NCBI GenBank assembly: GCA_044222475.1 | Contig: JBGANF010000116.1 | Span: forward strand, 1 to 25,206 | DNA from: Polyangiaceae bacterium | GTDB lineage: Bacteria; Myxococcota_A; Polyangia; Polyangiales; Polyangiaceae | Direction of reading: 5' to 3' | Length of the DNA: 25,206 nt | Shown here: one piece after another, positions 7,981 through 17,859 of the stretch | Numbering within the stretch: position 1 is the first letter of the stretch | Layout: each line of letters opens with the position of its first letter | The notes under the pieces: model-generated | Seen by the model: the letters and a program-made list of their open reading frames with translations, nothing else | Told to the model about the DNA's origin: nothing | The model's database searches: none | Made by a program: the position numbers and the translations under genes

Positions 7981-8841
7981 TCAGCCCCCCAGGAGACCGC
8001 GAAGCACCGTTTCCAGGGTGGTTCCCCCTCGCAGGTCCCGACCGACCCCCGCCTCGAACGTGACGAGCCCGGCGTCGACTCCGGCCGTCATCTCTCGGTA
8101 GAGATCCGCCAGATCCGGCGTCAGCCCCGCCGCCGTCAGCGCGCCGACGCGACCGGCCTCCGGCACGAAGACGACCTTCACGTCCTTCTTCAGGATCGCG
8201 CCGAGCGTCTTCGCGACGTCGTTCGGGCCGTACTCCGCCGGCCCGTGCAGCTGCACGACGCTCGTCTTGGTCGCGCCCTCGACGAGCAGCGACGCCGCCG
8301 TCGTGCCGATGTCCTTCGTCGCGATCATCGGGATGGTCTTCTCGAACATCGCGTACAGCACGCCCTGCTCCTTCACCGGCCCGAGCGAAGACGCCCAGTT
8401 CTCCATGAAGTAGGGCGCGCGCAGGAACGTGAACGGCACGCCGAGCCCGGCGAAGACCTTCTCGGCGTGGTGCACGGACCGGATCGGCCCGGTGCCGTTC
8501 GGCTGCTGCGCCCCCACCGACGAGAGGAGGACGACGTGCTTCACGCCGCTCGCCGGGATCGCCGCGGCGAACGCCGCGACTTCCTTCTTCTTGTCCTCGA
8601 GGACGGTGTTCGACGCGTAGTTCGGCGGAAGCAGGATGTACGCGCCGGTCGCCCCGGTGAGCGCCTTCTGGATCGCGGCGGCGTCGGTCACGGTCGCGAC
8701 CGCGACCTCGGCGCCCTTGGCCTTCCACGCCTCCCCCTTGGCCGCGTCGCGCACCACCACCCGCACCGGCTTCTTCTGCGCGAGAAGCGTATCCGCGACG
8801 ACCTTGCCCGTGTTTCCCGTGACTCCGAAGACGACGTACAT
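7981..8841 (-). CDS. NmrA-family NAD(P)H-binding protein (atypical SDR)
   Basis: N-terminal Rossmann motif VFGVTGNTGK, VKHVVLLSSVGA, LRAPYFMEN, ATKDIG; SD AAGGAG upstream. Confidence 0.92.
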   Translation of the reverse strand: MYVVFGVTGNTGKVVADTLLAQKKPVRVVVRDAAKGEAWKAKGAEVAVATVTDAAAIQKALTGATGAYILLPPNYASNTVLEDKKKEVAAFAAAIPASGVKHVVLLSSVGAQQPNGTGPIRSVHHAEKVFAGLGVPFTFLRAPYFMENWASSLGPVKEQGVLYAMFEKTIPMIATKDIGTTAASLLVEGATKTSVVQLHGPAEYGPNDVAKTLGAILKKDVKVVFVPEAGRVGALTAAGLTPDLADLYREMTAGVDAGLVTFEAGVGRDLRGGTTLETVLRGLLGG

Positions 8842-8910
8842 GTGAGCTCTCCTTGTGGGTCCGCGGTGACCGAGTCACCGGGACCGCCCCAAGATGGGCC
8901 CGCGCACGTC

Positions 8911-8941
8911 ATCTGTCTCATCGATGGTATACATACCCATC
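8911..8941. promoter_or_regulatory. Probable LysR binding sites in the divergent promoter
   Basis: ATC-N9-GAT (8911-8925) and an overlapping ATC-N9-CAT (8920-8934), both T-N11-A boxes, immediately upstream of the LysR ATG. Confidence 0.65.
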
Positions 8942-9871
8942 ATGCACGACACGAATGTCGCGGGGTTCGACCTGAACCTGCTCGTCGCCTTCGACGCGCT
9001 CGCGAACGAGCGCCACGTCACCCGGGCGGCGGCGCGCATCGGGCTCAGCCAGCCGGCGATGAGCCACGCGCTGAAGCGACTTCGCGACGTCCTCGGGGAC
9101 GAGCTGTTCATCCGCACGCCGCGCGGCCTCGTCCCGACGACCCGCGCCGAGACACTCGCGCCGATCGTCGCCCGCGCCCTCGTCGAGGTCGGCTCCGCGC
9201 TCGCGCCGCCGCGCGCGTTCGATCCGAAGACGCTGAGGCGCACGTTCGTCGTCGGAACGACCGACTACGCCGAGATCGCGGTGCTCCCTCCCCTACTCGC
9301 CCGGCTCCGCGACGAGGCGCCGCACGTCGTCTTGCGGTTTCGGCCCGTCGCGCCGACCGCCGAGGAGGACCTCGAGCACAAGGGCTACGATCTCGTCGTC
9401 GGACCCGCGATGGGAACGTCGCCGCGCCTCCTCGCGCAGAAGCTCTTCGACGACGACTTCGTCACCGTGACCCGGCGCGACCACCCGGTCGTCAAGAAGC
9501 GACTCTCGATCGAGCAGTTCGTCGCGCTCGACCACGTGCAGATCTCGATCCGCGGAACGCCCGGCGGTCCGGTCGACGACGCGCTCCACGAGCGCGGCCT
9601 TCGCCGGCGCATCGCGCTGTTCGTGCCGCACTTCCTCGGCGCCACGATGATCGTCGCGCAGAGCGACCTGGTGCTCACGGTCGCGCGCCGGGTGGCCGAG
9701 CGGATCGCGCCGCTCGTCGACCTTCGAATGTTCACGCCGCCGATCGCGATCGCCGGGTTCTCGATTCACCAGCTTTGGCACGAGCGAAACCACGCCGACC
9801 CAGCGCACGTCTGGTTTCGGAGCACGATCGCCGAGGCCGTGCGCTCCCTCGGAGTCAGGGCACCACGGTGA
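8942..9871 (+). CDS. LysR-family transcriptional regulator (NodD/DntR-like)
   Basis: HTH FDLNLLVAFDALANERHVTRAAARIGLSQPAMSHALKRLR..DELFIR, C-terminal QLWHERNHADPAHVWFR; divergent from NmrA. ATG 8942 preferred over 8894. Confidence 0.95.
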   Translation: MHDTNVAGFDLNLLVAFDALANERHVTRAAARIGLSQPAMSHALKRLRDVLGDELFIRTPRGLVPTTRAETLAPIVARALVEVGSALAPPRAFDPKTLRRTFVVGTTDYAEIAVLPPLLARLRDEAPHVVLRFRPVAPTAEEDLEHKGYDLVVGPAMGTSPRLLAQKLFDDDFVTVTRRDHPVVKKRLSIEQFVALDHVQISIRGTPGGPVDDALHERGLRRRIALFVPHFLGATMIVAQSDLVLTVARRVAERIAPLVDLRMFTPPIAIAGFSIHQLWHERNHADPAHVWFRSTIAEAVRSLGVRAPR

Positions 9872-10613
9872 GCGTGCCGCGGTTCTTGCTCGTCGTTCCG
9901 AGGAGCGGCTCGGTCACGCCGAAAGTGTAGGTCCCCGCCGCGAGCGGCTCCACGACGTTCACGTAGGGCGCGGGAATGCCCGGCGCACCTTGGCGATGTT
10001 CGACCCGACGCGCAGACGCGAGGACCGCGGCGTGCGTCGAGCCGACCGCGCCGGGGGCAATCGTGATCTGGGCCCACCACGCGGGCCGCGTCTCGGACGG
10101 CGGAAACGACGAGCCGCGCTTGACGACGAGGCGCTCGGGAGCGTCGGCGCCCTTTGCCCACGCGTCGACGGCGAACCATTCGTCGGGTCTCACGAGCACG
10201 ACGAGGGCGAGCGCGACCGTCCCGCGGTTGGTCACCTTGATCTCGAGGTCGAGCAGTGCACCGGCCTTTGCTTTCGTGTTCGCCGTGACGAGCTCGACAT
10301 CGAGCGCCCCCGCAGGCTTCTTCCCGTCCATCGCGTCCTTCACGCGCGGATCCGTGTTCGACAACGTGCACGACGGATCGGAGAGGACGTCCGCGAGGAC
10401 GAACGCACCTTTCACTTCGCAACGCGACACATCGAGCGCCGCGTCGACGAGCGGAACGCCGACCGAGGCGGTCGCGGATGGCGTCGCCACGGTGCTCGCG
10501 CTAGGTGTCGGTGCCGACGTTGCCGAGGACGCCGTGGGCGCGGCGGACTCCGCCGACGGCTTGCAGCCGACGAGCATGGTGAGCGTGAGTAGGATTCGGC
10601 CAGCGGTCCCCAT
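9855..10613 (-). CDS. Hypothetical lipoprotein
   Basis: Lipobox LVGC, S/A/T/P-rich linker, one further Cys pair, beta-rich C-terminus (LEIKVTNRG, GTYTFGV); 17-bp convergent overlap with LysR. Confidence 0.75.
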   Translation of the reverse strand: MGTAGRILLTLTMLVGCKPSAESAAPTASSATSAPTPSASTVATPSATASVGVPLVDAALDVSRCEVKGAFVLADVLSDPSCTLSNTDPRVKDAMDGKKPAGALDVELVTANTKAKAGALLDLEIKVTNRGTVALALVVLVRPDEWFAVDAWAKGADAPERLVVKRGSSFPPSETRPAWWAQITIAPGAVGSTHAAVLASARRVEHRQGAPGIPAPYVNVVEPLAAGTYTFGVTEPLLGTTSKNRGTLTVVP

Positions 10614-10631
10614 GAGGAGAGCGTAACGCGT

Positions 10632-12965
<2,334 letters not shown>

Positions 12966-13085
12966 GAGCGAGCCCGCATCTTGATCATGGTTTTTTCCAT
13001 CTGTCGATCGTTTCTCGTCCGTCGTCCCTTAATGGGCCAACTTCGCGCGCGCCGTCCCACACTGTAGGTCCATTGGAGTCCGGGC

Positions 13086-13103
13086 GCGGCACAGGGCGGC
13101 ACA
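13086..13103 (+). promoter_or_regulatory. Tandem direct repeat, candidate enhancer-binding-protein site
   Basis: GCGGCACA at 13086-13093 and 13096-13103 (10-bp period), about 45-60 bp upstream of the sigma-54 site. Confidence 0.45.
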
Positions 13104-13145
13104 CCACGATCGCGCGAGTTCCTCGGGGAAAACGGCCTTCGCGGG

Positions 13146-13161
13146 CGGCACGTCGCTTGCT
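13146..13161 (+). promoter_or_regulatory. Sigma-54 (-24/-12) promoter
   Basis: CGGCAC-gtcgc-TTGCT matches YGGCAC-N5-TTGCW with exact GG-N10-GC spacing, 12 nt before ATG 13174. Confidence 0.8.
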
Positions 13162-13173
13162 CTATCAGGGTTC

Positions 13174-14268
13174 ATGGCCGCCTCCCTCTCCCGCTACCGT
13201 GCCCTCTTCGCTCAGCGTGTCCCCGTGATGGTCTCCGCCGCGTTGGCGGCGGCAGGGTGCGGCGGCGGATCCACGACCGACTCGGTCGACGGGGGCGACG
13301 TCGTCGTCATCGGGATGGACTGCGGTGGTGGGCCTCCGCCCCAGACGGTCACCATCACCTACGACGAGTGCTCCGTCGTCGACGCCGGGGACGCCGGGGA
13401 CGCGGCCGCGGACGCCGGCGACGCCTCGGACGCGTCGGCCGACGCCAACGACGTGGGCGACGCCGCAGTCGAGGACGCAGGCCGATGTTTCCAGGACTGC
13501 ATGCAGGCGTGCATGGCGAACGGCAACACGGGCATCTACCCCGGCTTCGCGACCTGTCAGAAGGAAGTCTCGCGCGCCGGTTCGAAGGTGACCGCCACGT
13601 GCCAGATCTCGCGCCCGTGCGGCCGGCGGCTGGACGGCCTCGTCGAGCCGGAGTTGTCCCACACTGGGATGGGTCGCGTCCTCGCCGAGTGCGCGTGGTT
13701 GGAGGCAGCCTCGGTGCGCTCGTTCCGGAGACTCGCTCGGGAGCTCCGCGCGCATGGCGCGCCGGCCGAGCTCGTCGCCGCCGCGGACGTCGCAGCCCGC
13801 GACGAGGTGCGCCACGCGCGAGCGATGGCGCGGCTCGCGCGAAAGCACGGCGCCGAGCCGCCGAAGGTCCGCGTCGCTCGTGTCGGCAAGCGATCGCTCG
13901 AAGCGATCGCCCTCGAGAACTCCGTCGAAGCGTGCGTCGGCGAGACCTACGGCGCCGCTCTCGCTGCGTGGCAAGCATCCCGAGCCTGCGATCCCGAGGT
14001 GAAGCGCGTGCTCGAGGCGATCGCCCCCGACGAGGCCAACCACGCCGCCCTCGCTTGGGCCGTGCGCGATTGGATCGCCGGTAAGCTCGACGACGACGCC
14101 AACGCCCGCGTGCGCGCGGCCGAGCGCGCCGCGATCGCGCGCCTCCGCGTCGATGCGACGCTGGGCGACGACGCCGACGTCGCGCGAGCAATCGGCCTGC
14201 CGAGCGCCGTCGAGTCGGCCGCGCTCGTGGACGCCGTCGAGCGCGAGATCTGGGCCGCGGCGGCCTGA
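13174..14268 (+). CDS. Ferritin-like (di-iron) domain lipoprotein, myxobacterial type
   Basis: Lipobox-like AAGC, Cys-rich N-domain with DAG linker, GRR motif, then E / DEVRH / E / DEANH di-metal ligand pattern (LEAASV, DEVRH, VGETYG, DEANH). Confidence 0.85.
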   Translation: MAASLSRYRALFAQRVPVMVSAALAAAGCGGGSTTDSVDGGDVVVIGMDCGGGPPPQTVTITYDECSVVDAGDAGDAAADAGDASDASADANDVGDAAVEDAGRCFQDCMQACMANGNTGIYPGFATCQKEVSRAGSKVTATCQISRPCGRRLDGLVEPELSHTGMGRVLAECAWLEAASVRSFRRLARELRAHGAPAELVAAADVAARDEVRHARAMARLARKHGAEPPKVRVARVGKRSLEAIALENSVEACVGETYGAALAAWQASRACDPEVKRVLEAIAPDEANHAALAWAVRDWIAGKLDDDANARVRAAERAAIARLRVDATLGDDADVARAIGLPSAVESAALVDAVEREIWAAAA

Positions 14269-14271
14269 CGA

Positions 14272-15591
14272 TCAGACGAGCACGCCGGGAAGAACCCCGG
14301 AGCTCGAGTCACCGAAGGCATTCGTGCCGTCGCCCATCGCGCGGGCGATCGTGAGCAACAGATCCGCGTGCCGCCGGTACCCGAAGTCGTGCACGCGCCC
14401 GGTGCGAATCACGCTCGGCGCGCCCGCGAGGACGAAGCCCATGTCGTCGTGCGAGTGCGTGTTGCCGTCCCCCACCTCGGTGCAGAGCAGCGCGAGCGTG
14501 TTGTCGAGCATGGTGCCCTGCCCTTCCGGCCGGGCAGCGAGCTGATCGAGGAGGTACGCGAACTGCGACACGAACCACGTCCGCTGCTGGACGTAGCGCG
14601 TGAACTTCGGGTCCGACGAGACGCCGTAGTGCGACGCCTGGTGGCTCCGCATGTCGTAGTTGGGATCGTAGAGCGGCGTCTGCTGGAAGCGGCTCATGAT
14701 GAGCTCGCTGGTGTGCTGCGACGCCTGGATGACACCGACCCGCGTGAGGCCGCACGCCATCGACTGCACCATCACGTCGACCTGGGCCTTCAGCACGTCG
14801 GGGAATTGCCCGGCGTCGTAGAGCTTCGACGGATCGACCTTCCCGACCGACGGTAGCGTGTCCTTGCACCCCGGCACGCTCGCGCCGAGCGACTTCACGC
14901 GCTTCTCGGTGTCGCGAAGAGCGTCGAGGTGGAGGTCGAGCTTGCTCTTCTCGGTGTCCCCGAGCTGCGCCCGAAGCTCACTGAGGTTCGTCACCGCGTC
15001 GTCGAGGATGCTCACCGTGCGCGGATCCGGCCCGGTCTGCCCGCCGCTCGACGAGCCGGCGAACAGCCCGGAGAACGCTTTGGCCGGGTCGTCCTGAGGC
15101 GCGACCGTCGTCCCCGGCGACACGTAGCTGACGAGCTTGTCGCCGCTGCCGTTGTTCTGGAGCGCCATCGCGCCGAGGTAGACGTGCCGAAACGGAGCGC
15201 TCGCGCCGACGGTACCAGAAAGGTACCGATCGATGCTGACACCGTTTCCTCCGTCGACGCCGGTGAGGAGCTTCTTCGCGCCGCCCGGGTGGCTCCCGGC
15301 GTCGGTCGGACCGAGCGAGAGGTTGCGGAAGAACGCGCACTGCTGCGCGCGCGAGGCGAGCGGTTGCAGGCACGTGGACAGCGTGAAGTTCGTCCCGCTC
15401 CCGCCCGGGTGCCACAGGTGCTGACCTCCCGGCTCGGGGACTCCGTCGGGGAAGTAGAAGACGATGAGCCGCTTCGCCGCGTTCGGCGGCGGATCGCCGG
15501 ACGCGCTCTTGGTGAACAGCGCCGACAGCGGCAGCGCGAGCGCGCTCCCGGCGAGAGCGCGGAGGATGGATCGGCGGTCGAGCGTTCTCAT
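14272..15591 (-). CDS. DUF1552 (HXXSHH) family protein, Tat-exported
   Basis: Twin-Arg signal MRTLDRRSILRALAG; KRLIVFYFPDG, SIDRY, KLDLHLDALR, MACGLTRV, HQASHY, TMLDNT, EVGDGNTHS; ATGA overlap with the upstream stop at 15588-15591. Confidence 0.92.
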   Translation of the reverse strand: MRTLDRRSILRALAGSALALPLSALFTKSASGDPPPNAAKRLIVFYFPDGVPEPGGQHLWHPGGSGTNFTLSTCLQPLASRAQQCAFFRNLSLGPTDAGSHPGGAKKLLTGVDGGNGVSIDRYLSGTVGASAPFRHVYLGAMALQNNGSGDKLVSYVSPGTTVAPQDDPAKAFSGLFAGSSSGGQTGPDPRTVSILDDAVTNLSELRAQLGDTEKSKLDLHLDALRDTEKRVKSLGASVPGCKDTLPSVGKVDPSKLYDAGQFPDVLKAQVDVMVQSMACGLTRVGVIQASQHTSELIMSRFQQTPLYDPNYDMRSHQASHYGVSSDPKFTRYVQQRTWFVSQFAYLLDQLAARPEGQGTMLDNTLALLCTEVGDGNTHSHDDMGFVLAGAPSVIRTGRVHDFGYRRHADLLLTIARAMGDGTNAFGDSSSGVLPGVLV

Positions 15592-17714
15592 TTGCGCACC
15601 AGGAAGTCCGGAGAGGTCATGAGGCCCACGATCATCTCGATCGGGTCGCCACCGCTCGCGACGAGGCGCGCTTTGGCGGGCCCGAGAGCGCACGAGTCGG
15701 GCTCCCTGTCGCCGCGCACGAAGCGGAAGTACTGGCGCACCACGCAGCTCTTCGCCGAGTCGCTCGCGGCGAGGACCTTGCCCAGCGCCGGGAGCGAGCT
15801 GAACGGCGCGTGAGTTCCCTTCCCGAGCGACTCGACGTCGTTCATGTCGCCGTTCGCGTCGATCGGCTTGCCGCCCTCTTCGGTGCGGAAGTGACCGACC
15901 GTGTCGAAGCTCTCGAAGCCGAAGCCGAGGTCGTCGATGTACTGGTGGCAGCTCTTGCAGAACTCGTTCGCGGTGTGCTGCGCGAACCGCTGGCGTGTCG
16001 TCGCGTTCGGGTCGACCTTGGGCACGCCGCCCGCGTTCGGCGGCGGCTGCGGGAAGTCCTGGCACAAGAGGCGCTTGCGTACGAACAGCCCGCGGCGAAT
16101 CGGCGACGTCTGATCCGACAAGCCGGTCGTCGCGAGGATGGCGCCTTGGCCCAGCACGCCGCTGCGCTCCGGGTTCGTGGGCACGACCGAGTAATCCTGC
16201 CCCGACGCCGAGAGCCCATACCACGTCGCCAGCGCGCCGTTCGCGACGGTCCAACTCGCGGTGTAGAGGTCGTCGACCTTGCGCGTCTCGAAGAACACGC
16301 GCGTGACGAAGCGCTTCGTCTCTTCGCGCATCGCGGAGCGGACGTTCGCGTCGAACGTGGGGTACTGCGCGGCGTTCTTGTCGACGCCACCCACGATCTC
16401 CGAGCCGAGCCACTGCTCGGCGAAGACCGCGATCGGCTCGTGCGATCGCGGGCTCGCGAGGAGGCGCCGCGCCTCCGACTCGACGACCTTCGGATCGCGC
16501 AGCTTGCCGGACCTCGCCGCGTCGAAGAGCGCGTCGTCGGGCATCGTCCCCCACAGCGAGTACGAGAGGAGGCTCGCCGTCTCCCACGGGTCGAGCACGA
16601 ACGTGCCGTCGGGCTGCTTCTCGCCGAGCTCCGACCGGTAGAGGAACCCCGGCGACAGAAGCATCGCCGCGACCGTGTCGCGCACGCCTTGATCGAACGT
16701 CGCGCCGGTCGTGACGAGCTTCTCCCAACGACCGGCCTCTGCCGCGGTGGGCGGACGGCGCATGGCGCGCGTGCCGAACGTCGCGACGAACGTGTGGGCG
16801 CACCCGCTCGGATCGGCGACGCCATCGCACGCGTAGAGCTTCTTCGGATCGAGCGCCTTGGCGACGAGGAGCGCGGTGCGCAGGTACTCGTCGCTCCGCT
16901 CGGAGCCGACGACGCGCGCCGGGCCGTGGTCGTCGAAGAGGAAACCCTCCGGTCGCGTCTCGGGCGGGAGGTTCGCGCCGACGTCGACGCTCGTCGTGGG
17001 GGCACACGTCACGTCGAGGACCGAGTTCTGCCCGCCGAAGCCGTCGGGCACGCCCTTCGGGTTCGACGGATCGGAGATCCACTGCGACTCGTCGAGGACG
17101 AACTTGTAGGTGTACTGGCCGGGCGAGAGCTGCTTCGTGACGGACCACGCGTTGCCCGACGGCGCCATCGCCCAACCGCCGAGGGCGACCGTCTGCGGCC
17201 AGCCGTTGAAGCTGCCGGCGACGTGGACCTTGCTCGGGTTCGGGCCCTTCGCGGTGTACGCGAACGTGGTGAGACCGCATGGCGGCGGCGCGACGCTACC
17301 GCCGACTCCGACGAGGTCGGCGATGGTCGCCGTGTACTCGCGCTTCGTGAGCAAGCGAAGGCCCCGCGCGAGCGGGTGCGGCGCGTCGCACTGCACCGCA
17401 CCACGGAAGGTCGCGAGGATGTACGCGGCGATGTCGGGCGGGCAGTCGCCGTCGCACTTGGCGGGGTCACCCAGCGGCATCCGCTGATCGATGATCGAGA
17501 CGAGCGTCGCTTCGCCCTTGGACCAATCGCGGAGCGACGGACCGGTGGCGCCTTCGCCCATTCCACCATGGCAACCGGCGCAGAGGTTCGCGTAGAGCGC
17601 CTTGCCGCTCGCGACGCGGTCGTGCGGACCGGACGGCTCCGACCGATCGGTGCAAGATGCAAGGATTCCGGCGAGACCGAGCGCGATCGCGGCGGCAGCG
17701 TGACGAACGTCCAC
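15588..17714 (-). CDS. Di-heme c-type cytochrome lipoprotein of the DUF1587/1595/1592/1588/1585 family with an inserted glycogen-binding (CBM48/AMPK-CBM-like) domain
   Basis: Lipobox LASC; CAGCH with distal RMP; LRLLTKREY; AGSFNGW...GQYTYKFVLDESQWISDPSNP..DGFGGQNS; FGTRAMRRP; LLSPGFLYRSE; ASLLSYSLWGTMPDDAL; RSGVLGQ..TSPIRRGLFV..LLC; CKSCH..GFGFESFDTVG; SD GGAGG before GTG. Confidence 0.92.
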   Translation of the reverse strand: MDVRHAAAAIALGLAGILASCTDRSEPSGPHDRVASGKALYANLCAGCHGGMGEGATGPSLRDWSKGEATLVSIIDQRMPLGDPAKCDGDCPPDIAAYILATFRGAVQCDAPHPLARGLRLLTKREYTATIADLVGVGGSVAPPPCGLTTFAYTAKGPNPSKVHVAGSFNGWPQTVALGGWAMAPSGNAWSVTKQLSPGQYTYKFVLDESQWISDPSNPKGVPDGFGGQNSVLDVTCAPTTSVDVGANLPPETRPEGFLFDDHGPARVVGSERSDEYLRTALLVAKALDPKKLYACDGVADPSGCAHTFVATFGTRAMRRPPTAAEAGRWEKLVTTGATFDQGVRDTVAAMLLSPGFLYRSELGEKQPDGTFVLDPWETASLLSYSLWGTMPDDALFDAARSGKLRDPKVVESEARRLLASPRSHEPIAVFAEQWLGSEIVGGVDKNAAQYPTFDANVRSAMREETKRFVTRVFFETRKVDDLYTASWTVANGALATWYGLSASGQDYSVVPTNPERSGVLGQGAILATTGLSDQTSPIRRGLFVRKRLLCQDFPQPPPNAGGVPKVDPNATTRQRFAQHTANEFCKSCHQYIDDLGFGFESFDTVGHFRTEEGGKPIDANGDMNDVESLGKGTHAPFSSLPALGKVLAASDSAKSCVVRQYFRFVRGDREPDSCALGPAKARLVASGGDPIEMIVGLMTSPDFLVRK

Positions 17715-17735
17715 GAGTCCTCCCTGGGCGCGCGG

Positions 17736-17780
17736 ACTCTACGCCCGGGTCGAGCAAAAGGTAACTCAAAACTGAGTTAC
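17736..17780 (-). promoter_or_regulatory. Putative promoter with an overlapping perfect palindromic operator
   Basis: GTAACTCA-aaac-TGAGTTAC (17761-17780); - strand TTACCT (17764-17759), 17 nt spacer, TAGAGT (17741-17736). Confidence 0.65.
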
Positions 17781-17859
17781 GTCATTTTCCCGCCTGATTC
17801 AGCTCGAATTGGAGAGGAACGCCAGGGCGTCCTTCTCACGGTGTCGTGAGCGAGGCCGG

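Noticed and set aside
13381..13480. GACGCC-based repeats resembling an array
   Set aside because: In-frame low-complexity DAG/DAS linker of the lipoprotein; no repeat-spacer structure, so not CRISPR
15592..17280. 1002-aa ORF 14272..17280 suggesting a giant fusion or overlapping gene
   Set aside because: The first ~560 aa are Arg-rich off-frame read-through over the cytochrome gene; the recognisable protein begins with the Tat signal at ATG 15591 (ATGA coupling)
17715..17739. GAGTCC/GGACTC stem that could sequester the SD of the cytochrome gene (riboswitch-like)
   Set aside because: Only 6 bp, and the 5' arm overlaps the candidate -10, so it probably is not transcribed; no aptamer-like structure is visible
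17835..17850. CTCACG-gtgt-CGTGAG hairpin after the methyltransferase stop
   Set aside because: A 6-bp stem without a U-tract; spacing does not fit a CRP/FNR site; could be chance
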